A stretch of DNA of 64,000 nucleotides from the human T2T-CHM13v2.0 reference genome, Homo sapiens. The notes below the pieces were generated by a model. That model was not told the origin of the DNA. It ran no database searches and saw nothing but the letters and a program-made list of their open reading frames with translations. The number at the start of each line of letters is the position of its first letter. Position 1 is the first letter of the stretch. Positions 13,733-25,629 of the stretch are shown here, in pieces. The position numbers were made by a program, and so were the translations under genes. The stretch lies in assembly GCF_009914755.1 (NCBI RefSeq), contig NC_060930.1. The stretch is one strand, 5' to 3'.

Positions 13733-14690
13733 TATTCATTCACTTAACAAACACTTTTCTTATTTGGCACCTACTTTATGCCAATCAGAGCTCTAGGCAC
13801 TTGGGAAATGCATTGAGCTGAAATAATAAAATTATTATTTCCTCTGGAGTTTACATTGTAGTTGAGAGATATAGATACTAAGAAATAATATAATAGATTG
13901 GGATTAAGTGATATGGAAAATGGATAGTCAGTGGCAGTAAAGAGAGATATTTCAGGGAGTTTCATTATGAAAGTCCACACTGATAAAATGATTTTTGAGC
14001 ATAAACAAACATCATGAAAAGGACAAGATACGACACGATCTTGTGAAAGATTCTTCAAGGACGTGGAAACAGTAAAGACGTAGTACCTGAAGTAGAAACA
14101 CACTTGGAATAAGTGAGAAAGAGCAAAGAGGTGAAACAATGAGTAAATTGAGGTCATGGTGAGTAGGCCACATTACTGTGTGGCCTGGGTATTATAAAAC
14201 TCGTAGATTTTTACACAGCTGGATCACATAATTTTACTTATCAAAAAAGATCACTGTCTGTTCTGTGAATATTAATCCTACTGGGAACAAGGACAGAAAT
14301 AGTCCAGTTAGGAGCTTACTATTGCTTTCTAATTATTTTCCTTTGTGGTGGTAGACTTGGAGATAATGAGAAATAGTTAGATTTGGAATATTTTCAGAAC
14401 ACAATGCTGAAATGATTGGCTGATGAATTTTATGTGCTGTGTACAAGAGAGAAAGGATTCAGGGAAGGTATCTGAATATTTGGCCTCGAAAGACAGAATA
14501 AAAATATTAACTGCGACTTGCTGAGTCTGAAAAGACTTGGAGGGAAGAACTTTAAAAAGAGAGAATCAAGACATTTGCTTTCAGAAGTATTAAGTTTGAG
14601 TTGTCTGTTTTACATGTATAGGAAATATAAACCGGTAGCTGGATATATATTTTTGAGTTTCGAAAAGTTTAGACCTGGAGAAAACGTAGA
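13733..14690 (-). mobile_element. L2 LINE fragment
   Basis: Begins ttcattcacttaacaaacac (reverse L2 3' tail) and continues with L2-like purine-rich body. Confidence 0.7.
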
Positions 14691-14883
14691 GTCATAATTT
14701 GAAATAAGTTCACAGAATACATTTATATTAAAAGACTTCGCCTTAAACTATGATTGGGATTCAAAGTAGGTTTATGATTTGGGATTTAACTAAACAGCTC
14801 CCAATGGCCAAAGTTGTAACAACTTGAGCGGTAATACAGTATTGATTATATCCCAGAATATAAAGTAACTTTGAGATAATATA

Positions 14884-17148
14884 TGTGTTAGTCTGTTTCC
14901 ATGCTGCTGATAAAGACATAACTGAAACTGGGAACAAAAAGAGGTTTAATTGGATTTACAGTTCCACATGGCTGGAGAGGCCTCAGAATCATGGTGGGAG
15001 GCAAAAGGCACTTTTACATGGCAGCAGCAAGAGAAAAATGAGGAAGAAGCAAAAGTGGAAACCCCTGATAAACCCATCAGATTTCATGAGACTTACTTAC
15101 TATTACGAGAATAGCAAGGAAAAGACTGGCCTCCGTGATTCAATTACCTCCCTCTAGGTCCCTTCCATAATGAGTGGGTATTCCGGAAGACACAATTCAG
15201 TTGAGATTTGAATGGGGACACAACCAAACCATGCCATTCTGCCCGTGGCCCCTCCAAATCTCATTTCAAAACAAATGTGATTTCAAAATCACATTTCAAA
15301 ACTGATCGTGCCTTCCCAACAGCCTCCCAAAGTCTTAACTCATTTCAGCAATAACCCAAAAGTCCACAGTCCAAAGTCTCATCTGAGACAAGGTAAGTCC
15401 CTTCTGCCTATGAGCCTGTAAAATCTAAAAGAAGCTAATTCCTTCCTAGATAAATTGGGGGTACAGGTATTGGGTAAATACAGCCATTCCAAATGGGAGA
15501 AATTGGCCAAAACAATGGGGTTACAGGGTTCATGCAAGCCCAAAATCCAGTGGGGCAGTCAAATTTTTAAGCTCCAAAATGATCTCCTTTGACTCCAGGT
15601 CTCACATCCAGGTCACGCTGATGCAAGAGGTGGGTTCCCATGGTCTTGGCAGTTCCACCCTGTGACTTTTCAGGGTATAGCTTCCCTCCCAGCATTGAGT
15701 GTCTGTGGCTTTTCCAGGTGTATGGTGCAAGCTGTCAGTGGATCTACCATTCTGAGGGATCTGGATGATGGTAGCCCTCTTCTCACAGCTCCACTAGGTT
15801 GTCCCCCAGTAACGACTCTGTGTGAGGGGCTCCAACCCCACATTTCCCTTTTGCACTGCCTTGGCACTGGCTCTCCCATAAGCATGCCACCCCACTTCTG
15901 AACCAAATTTCTGCCTGGGCATCCAGGCATTCCCATACATCTTCTGAAATCTAGGCAGAGGTTCCCAAACCTCAGTTCTTGACTCCTGTGCACCCACAGG
16001 CTCAACACCACATGGAAGCTGCCAAGGTTTGGGGTTCCACCCTCTGAAGCCACAGCCCGAGTTGTACGTTGGCCTCTTCAGCCACAGCTGGAGTGGCTGG
16101 GACACCGGGCACCAAGTCCTCAGGCTGCACACAGTACAGGGCCTCTGGGCTTGGCCCACGAAATCACTTTTTCCTTCTGGGCCTCCAGGCCCGTGAGGGG
16201 TCTCTGACATAGCCTGGAGACACTTTCCCCATGGTCTTGGGGATTAACATTAGGCTCCTTGCTACTTGTGCAAATGTCTGCAACCAGCTTGAATTTCTCC
16301 TCAAAAAAATTGTTTTTTCTTTTCTACTGCATCATCAGGCTGCAAATTTTCCAAACTTTTACGCTCTGTTTCCCTTTTAAAATGGAATGCTTTTAACAGT
16401 ACCCAAGACACTTCTTGAATATTTTTCTGCTTAGAAATTTCTTCTGCCACATACCCTAAATTGTCTCTCTCAAGTTCTAAGTTCCACAGATCTCTAGGAC
16501 AGAGGCAAAATGACACCAGTCTCTTTGCTAAAACATAACAAGAGTCACCTTTGCTCCGGTTCCCAACAAGTTCCTCATTTCCATCTGAGACCACCTCAGC
16601 CTGGACCTTATTTTTCATATCACTATCAGCACTTTTCTCAAAGTCATTCAACAAATCTCTAGGAGGTTCCAAATTTTCCCACATTTTCCTGTCTTCTTCT
16701 GAGCCCTCCAAAGTGTTCCATCTCTGCCTGTTTCCCAGTTCCAAAGTCACTTCCACATTTTCGGGTATCTTTTCAGCAATGCCCCACTCTACTGGTACCA
16801 ATTTACTATATTAGTCTATTTTCATTCTGCTGATAAAGACATACCCAAAACTGGGAACAAAAAGAGGTTTAATTGGACTTTCAGTTCCACATGGCTGGGG
16901 AGGCCTCAGAATCATGGCGGGAAGTGAAAGGCACTTCTTACATGGTGGCAGCAAGAGAAAAATGAGGAAGAAGCAAACACGGAAACCCCTGATAAACCCA
17001 TCAGATATCTTGAGACTTATTCACTATCAAGAGAATAGCATGGGAAAGACTGGCCCCCATGATTCAGTTATCTCCCCCTAAGTCCCTCCCATAACAAACA
17101 GGAATTCTAGGAGGTAGAATTCAGTTGAGATTTGAATGGGGACACAGC
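14884..17148 (-). mobile_element. THE1 (THE1C-like) MaLR provirus: LTR 14884-15236, internal 15237-16806, LTR 16807-17148
   Basis: Two direct ~350-bp THE1 LTRs flank a ~1.57-kb THE1 internal region. A degenerate MaLR internal ORF (..VEWGIAEKIPENVEVTLELG..) lies at 16301-16801. The right LTR lacks about 12 terminal bases. Confidence 0.95.
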
Positions 17149-17149
17149 A

Positions 17150-17870
17150 GTAGATGATTGAACAAACAAATCAGTGGGGGAAATAGACAAATCTGTGTAG
17201 AGAAATTCCAAATAAATTATGTAGATACTCTTAAGAAGATGGAACATAACTCACCTTTCATTGTAGGCTGATTTTACATAGTGACATTGTTTCAAACAAT
17301 ACAGAATGGAAAGGCAGAAAGAGAGTAACTTTAGAATAGAGAAAACTGACAAATACTACTTTAGCCAGGTAAGCTTAACATCACCATTGACAAATCATAT
17401 TTGCCAAAAAGTACCACTGATTTATAGCAATAGTGGCACCTTCATCCCCCAAATCCATAAGCCCAGTCTAGAAATGAGAAATACATCTGAATAACCCAAA
17501 TGTAGGGGCTCTCTACAAAACACTTTGCAAATATTCCTCAAAACTGTTAAAGTTATCAAAAAAACAAAACGAGTCTAAGAAATTGTCACAGCAAGGACGA
17601 GCATAGGGAGGCATGATGACTAAATGTAGTATGGTGACCTGTATGGGATAAGATAAAGGACATTAAGTAGAAACTGATGAAACCTGAAAAAAGTATAAAT
17701 TTAGACAATACTTTATCAATATTGGCTCATCAATTGAGAGAAATGTAAAATGGCAATGGAAGACATCAATAGTAAGGAAACTGGGTGTGAGATATATGCA
17801 AGTTCTTGGTAATATCTTTGTAATTTTTTCCATAACATAAAACTACTCTGAAAAGTTTATTTAAAAAATA
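17150..17870 (+). mobile_element. L1MC/MD-like 3' UTR, continuing from about 14750-14883 and split by THE1
   Basis: ccataagcccagtctagaaatgagaaatacatc...gaaattgtcacagc...gactaaatgtagtatgg...aaactgggtgtgagatatatg. Confidence 0.7.
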
Positions 17871-17927
17871 AACACTACTCTGGATCCTTCTTTTCTCTTA
17901 GTCACAAACATGGGAGAATTCAGTATT

Positions 17928-18195
17928 TATATATATATGCCATATATATACATATATATATACACACACACATATACATGTATGTGTATATATAGACACA
18001 CACACATATACATGTATGTGTATATATACACATATACATGTATGTATATATATACACATATACATGTATGTATATATATACACATATATATGTATGTATA
18101 TATATACACATATATATGTATGTATATATATACACATATATATGTATGTATATATATACACATATATATATATACACACACACATATATATACAC

Positions 18196-18280
<85 letters not shown>
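17928..18280. repeat. Compound (TA)/(CA)/(TATG) microsatellite, about 350 bp, ending in (CA)~21(TA)~17
   Basis: Read directly; it generates the YIYIY/HTHT ORFs in the track. Confidence 0.98.
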
Positions 18281-18283
<3 letters not shown>

Positions 18284-18372
18284 GCCTGGGTATCCAGGCA
18301 TTTCCATACATCTTCCAAAATCTAGGCGGAGGTTCCCAAACCTCAATTCCTAACTTCCGTGCAACCACAGGC
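18281..18372 (-). mobile_element. Isolated 92-bp THE1-internal fragment
   Basis: Aligns without gaps to 15910-16001 (11 mismatches in 92 by hand count). Confidence 0.9.
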
Positions 18373-19225
18373 ACATATAATGCTGTATATATTTGTAAAA
18401 GAACAACTTGTAAGTGTTTATCTTTTGTTTACCCTTTCATTATTCATGAGATATTTTTAACTTTCTCCTTTTAAACTCTTGCTGCATTTCAAATTTGTAT
18501 TCCTATCTCAGTGTATACATGGATGAAGGTGTGTGTATATGTGTTGATAGATTTTTTTTTCCTTGAGGATTTTGGATTTTGTGCCTTACTTAAAGTACTA
18601 TAGCTGTTTCATAGGTAGAGAAATATATCCCATACTGGAATTCTAGTAATTTACTGATTTCGTTGTTTTTTACATTGAACTCATTGTTCCAACTAGAACT
18701 TACTTTTAAATGTAAAATAGGGAAGAAAGGCATTGTTTTTTCTGTTGCCGACAATGCAGTTGTTGGAAAACCATTCCTTGATTATAAAAATAATTCCATC
18801 ATTAATTTTAAAAGTCATATTTACAACATACTAAATTGCAATATTTTTCATTAACTAAATTTTTTCTTTGAACTGCACCTGCTCTCTTTCAAGTAAGGCA
18901 CTAAGTATGCAATTGCTTTTGAAAAATAGGTGAGTTTTTTTAAAGGAATGAATGGTGTTGATATTTGCAGAGATACTGAAATGAAATCTACCAAAGATTG
19001 ACAAGATATTAGGGAAAATAATTTTTTAAAGACTAGACACTGCTAGTATCTAAAGAAATAGCAGGCTGAACAGCAGGCAATCAAGTTTTTAATTTTAATG
19101 GATTGGCTTATACTTTGCCTCCTCCTATAGACTGGTGCTTTTTGAATGAAACTATATCTCCCTTTCCATTTTGTGGGACTTATGTTTAATAATACAAGAA
19201 CTCAAACATGAGAAAAGGGGGTAAA

Positions 19226-19368
19226 CATACATATACATATGTACATGCAATACATATACATATATATGCAATACATATGTACATGCAATACATATACATA
19301 TGTATATGCAATACATATGTACATGCAATACATATACATATGTATATGCAATACATATGTATATATAT
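19226..19368. repeat. AT-rich minisatellite, 40-bp period (17+23-nt subunits tacatatgtacatgcaa / tacatatacatatgtatatgcaa)
   Basis: Read directly; identical text recurs at 19271 and 19311. Confidence 0.9.
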
Positions 19369-19593
19369 AAAAAATAAATTTGATTAGAAGCATGTTAATC
19401 CCAAGAACATATTTTAAATCATCTGCATGTTCCAATATTTACTTGAACTAGTGAATACACACAGTAATTAGGCTACTTTCATCAATCATAATTACAGTTT
19501 TATACTTTTAATTTTTAGGATTCATAAATTAAAACTAAAACTTATCAAATTTATGACTATCAGTAATGTCATTGTCCCTTAAGAGTTAACAAA

Positions 19594-20856
<1,263 letters not shown>

Positions 20857-21874
20857 AAGAGTTAACAAATATTCTGCGAATAATTTTGGAAGAATCTTAA
20901 AGGTAAACCTTGTTTAATTTTCTATGCCAGAATTTATCTGTCTTCCCTTTGTTTTAACATAATTCTTCCAACATTTCTTTTAACAAAATGAAAGATGATA
21001 GAATTGTTACATACAAATCTGCTTAAAGTGCTACATTAATTAGGCTTAGCTATTTCATCCATCAATGTTGGGAATTTATATATAAGAAAATATTTCCAAA
21101 TGTCTTTTCATGTGAAGCATAGAAGATTAGCTACATGCCTGAAAGACACATAGGCTAAAAATCCTGTGGATATAACAATATTATATAGGAATGTCCTGTA
21201 CTATATATTGATCATCATCATAGTTAGGTCATTCAGGATACTCTATGAATATATAGTTAAAAGGTAGAAGTAATAGGTATTTGATATTTTGATATAGTAC
21301 TATTATTTTGGATGTGTCTCTGTAGTGACCAAATCTTTTCACATTTATCAACAAAATCCTCTTTTATCTTAAGTTGGAAAAGGAAAGCAAGTACGTACAT
21401 TAAGAAAATAACATGCACTCAATTTCTTTTTAAGTTGGATTCTTCACAGAACTTTGAATAGAGTACTAAATTAAAGTACTCATTGGAGGAATGCTTTCTC
21501 TTATATATCACCAGGATCATTTAATAGAGGAATAATATACATGTAACACATTCAAATAAAAGGAAAAAATATGCAATTCATAAAAAATATATCTAAAACT
21601 CAACTGCCTAAACTCAAGTGTGTTTTCTAAGATCATTATATTAAAGTTTCATTGAATTAAAATTAAAGCTGAATCTTAGCTTCTGATTGGTAAGTAACTC
21701 TCAGGGATATGTTTTCTTGAATTATTGATTTGTTTATCACACATTGTCTCTCTCTAATCCTCATTATTTCTTTATGATAAAAAGCAATCTATATATTAAA
21801 AAATAAACTAAGGGAATACGCATTGAAAAGGCTCATCAGTGAGTCTTTTGTCTTGAATAATTAATCTAGTAATG

Positions 21875-22285
21875 TTTGATCAGGATGGGCTAAATTATGC
21901 CACAGTAAGAAACTCTCCCAAAATCTTAGTAGTTTAACACAACAATATTTCTTGTTTGTCCTTGATGTCCAAAGCAGGTTAAAAATGATGCTTATTCAAG
22001 CAACTTATTCAAGTTACTCAAGGACAAATATTAATGGAGCCTCCAGTTTCACATAAGCATCCACAGTATTTTGTTTAAGATGAAAGAAAAAATGATGAAT
22101 CTTATACCAGCTTTGAAATCTTTCAACCAAAATTGAGATACAACACCTTTGCTCATACTATATTGAGCAAAATAAGAGATGCCATGACAAAAACTTCAAG
22201 CAGGCAGTTAAATGTAATCCTACCATATGCTTCAAAGTGGAAGAACCAGAAATATTTGGTAAATAATCATAAATAAGTAGCAGAG
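21875..22285 (-). mobile_element. Old MLT1 (J/K/L-like) LTR
   Basis: gatcaggatgggctaaattatgccacagtaagaaactctcccaaaatcttagtagtttaacacaac matches the reverse MLT1 terminus. Confidence 0.55.
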
Positions 22286-22539
22286 TCTCCATTTCTGGGT
22301 TCCAAGTATTCACTGTACTCTCTATTCCTCAAACAGAATCAGTCGTATCTTTCCACGTTAAGAAAACTCAAGTTTTGTCCAATCACCAAATCAAGCCAAA
22401 GTCCATTAATCCTTGGTGATCTGTGGCAGTGACTTTTCTTGATTAACTAAGGCAACAAACAAAATGAATAAACCTTCATTTTCAATTACCAATAATCACA
22501 CCCTGGAGAAACCTCATTGATTACGATACTGCCAATGTA

Positions 22540-23260
22540 CAAAGTGGTATGCAGCCTTTTCAGATTGGCTTCTTTCACTTAGCAATATTCATTTAATGTT
22601 CCCCATGTCTTTTTGTGGTTAAATAGCTCATTTGTTTTGATCATGCAATTATATTACAACATATTAATGTATCACAGTTGGTTTATCCATTCCCCTACTT
22701 AAGGACATCTTGATTGCTTCCAAGTTTGGGGAATTAAGAATAAAGTTGCTATAAACAGTCATTGCTGGGTTTTGTGTAGAGATAAATGTTCAACACATTT
22801 AAGAAATAGCAAGGAGCATGACTGGTGGATCACATGATAAGAGTGCATTTACTTTTGTAAGAAACTGCCAGACTGTCTTCCAAAAACGTTGCACCGTTTT
22901 GCATCGCCAGTAGCAATTAATGAGAATTCCAGCTGCTCCCCAGCATTTGGGATATTCAGTGTTTTTTCTTTTTTTTTTTTTTTTTTTACCATTCTAATAG
23001 ATATATAATGGTATCTCATTGTTACTTTATTTTGCAATTCCCATAATGACATATGATGTTGAGTATTTTTTCATATGCTTATTTATCATCTGCATATCTT
23101 CTTGGGTGAGGTGCCTGTTGGGGTCTTTTGACCATTTTTTTAATTGGGTTATTTGTTTCCTTTTTGTTGAGTATTAAGGTTCTTTGTGTATTTTGAATAT
23201 CAATTCTTTATCAAATATGTATTTTCAGATATTTTCTCGCAGTTTGACTTGTCTTTCAGA
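22540..23260 (-). mobile_element. L1MB-like 3' fragment
   Basis: cagccttttcagattggcttctttcacttagcaatat...gtaagaaactgccagactgtcttcc. Confidence 0.8.
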
Positions 23261-23278
23261 ATGATTTCTAGTTGTGTG

Positions 23279-23504
23279 TGTGGTAGGCAGAATAATGGAC
23301 CCCCCAAAATGTCCATCCTCTAATCTCTGTAACCAGTAACTGTGTTACCTCATATGGTAACCCTGTAGACACCTGACTTTAGCATAGAGAGACCCATTTC
23401 AGGTTTCTAATTCCAGAATTATTAGGTAATAAATAATAAGCCTGTATTTTTTTAAACCACTTAGTTTATGGTAATTTGTTATGGCAGCAGTAGAAAACAA
23501 ATAT
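23279..23504 (+). mobile_element. MLT1D-like LTR with internal deletion
   Basis: tgtggtaggcagaataatgg start and ggtaatttgttatggcagcagtagaaaacaaatata end. Confidence 0.75.
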
Positions 23505-24510
23505 AGTATGTGAAACTAGAATTGAAAGGTGTGATAAGAAAATATTTTTAGCTTGTCAAAAAACTCAGTTCTAGGAGTTAAAAAAAGAAGTCTGTAAACC
23601 AGATAATCTGCTGAAAATTGATTTACATGCTTATGAATATGCATGGTAGTTAAACACAGGTACAAAGAATTTTAAATAGTAGCTAGGGATCAGATACAGT
23701 TTCAAATGTTATAAGTGATATTGAAATAGTAGATAACTGAAAAAATAACCTAAAACTATGACAGACAGTGCCTTAAGTTTTTTTTTTACTTTTGGGTGAA
23801 ATATTTAAGGTAATTTTTGTAAATAACATAGACGAGGGTCTTTCTTCCATCTTTGTAAACACATAAGTAAAATTTTGACATTTTATGTTTTTAATGTATA
23901 TTTAACATGTGTGTGTTTTTTAAAACAGAATAGTGAAAATATTTAATTAATTTGAATAATAGAACAAATAAAAAGATAAATATGGCCCAATTATTTAAGC
24001 AATTTGTCTTCTATCTTACACAAATTACACTTAACAATTAATCAAATGGACATGTGGCAACAGATTAAGACTGCAAAATGTATTATTTAACTCTTGGAAT
24101 AAACCAGAGTTTTACCTACACTTATAGAAGAAATAAATTCGGGAAGATTTTTCACATCTAAGAAGCTTAGAACATAGCAGGAACTCAATAAATGCTTACT
24201 AAATCAATGTGTTCTCATCTGGAGTGGTAGATACTAAGTGTAGGCCAAAATCTCTTCTGCTTACTAAACCATATGCCTAATCTTTTGTTAATCATAGAAA
24301 AAAATCCTGCTTATACATTTTATATTCAATCGATTTTATGGATTAAACACTTGTACGCCTTGCATTTCATTTCAAGCAAAAATAGCGATGAGTATTATTT
24401 TCTTGAAAATTTTCATAATAAATAGCAAAAGGTTAATTTCTTTATAAAAGTACATAACTATGGCTGAGTATGTAGAAAATATAGATAATTTCAAATTTAA
24501 TGACATAAAT

Positions 24511-25022
24511 CAAGGGTCCCCATCCTCTGGTCCATGAGCCATTAGGAACCCAGCCACACAGCAGAAAGTGAGTGGTGGGCAAGTGAGCAAAGCTTCATCT
24601 GTATTTACAGGGGCTCGTCATCACTGGCATTACCACCTGAGCTCTGCCTCCTGTCCAATCAGCAGTGGCATTAGATTCTCATAGGAACGCAAACTCTATT
24701 GTGAAATGCCCATCCAAGGAATCTAGGTTGCACGTGCCTTATGAGAATCTAATGCCCGATGATCTGTCACTGTCTCCCATCATCTGTAGATAGGATCATC
24801 TAGTTGCAGGAAAACAAGCTCAGAGCTGCCACTGAAACTACATTATGGTGAGTTGTATAATTATTTCATTATATATTAAAGTGTAATAATAATAGAAATA
24901 AAGTACACAATATATGTAATACGCTTGAATCATCCTGAAACTATTTCCCCCAACCCAGAGTCCATGGAAAAATTGTTTTTCAGGAAATTGGTCCCTGGTG
25001 CCAAAAAGATTGGGGACCACTG
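24511..25022 (+). mobile_element. MER1A (hAT-Charlie) DNA transposon
   Basis: Termini caagggtcccc...ggggaccactg, MER1 body, and 8-bp TSD acataaat / atgtaaat. Confidence 0.9.
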
Positions 25023-25629
25023 ATGTAAATCACCCATAATCCCAGCAATACAATATTGTACCAAGTCATCATCCCTCATTTTTTTAATCTTATTTTATTT
25101 TATTTTATTAATTTTTTAAAAAATAAATGATTTTCTACTTTGGTAGTAAAGCTGGGGGAAACTCAGCTTCTTCCCATTTAATTTGCATATGGATATTACT
25201 ATTGCCATTGATTTCTTTTTTTTTCAAATCCATTTTAGAGTAAATGAAATGGATTTATACTGTATCCTGTGGATAATGAAAGCCATGACATTCAGGATGA
25301 AGAATGTTTTCCTAATAGTCTTTCAGCTCCCATTTCTGTTTGAATTAGTTCAGTTTACAAATGATGGCTCTAACTCCCACATACTGTCCTTGTTAGCACT
25401 GTGTGGCCACCAATGCATAAATCTGCTTCTTTCCTTGACATCTTCAAAATTAGTGACCTTCCCAAGAAAACTCATGTAAATTCTTTTGATGTGTTGCACA
25501 ATTTATTATAGTGATTTTTAAAACAATAAAACCTAATACAAATAAATCTAAAATTAAACATAAAAATTTCTATAAGATGTGATTAATTAAATTCATTAAT
25601 AATAAATTTAACAGACTACATCTCTATAA

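Noticed and set aside
16301-16801. 166-aa minus-strand ORF in THE1
   Set aside because: Remnant of the known MaLR internal ORF; non-ATG start and broken at an A-run, with downstream pieces in other frames.
17898-18474. Six overlapping 95-158 aa ORFs (YIYI/HTHT/CVCV)
   Set aside because: Translations of a dinucleotide microsatellite that has no stop codons; not genes.
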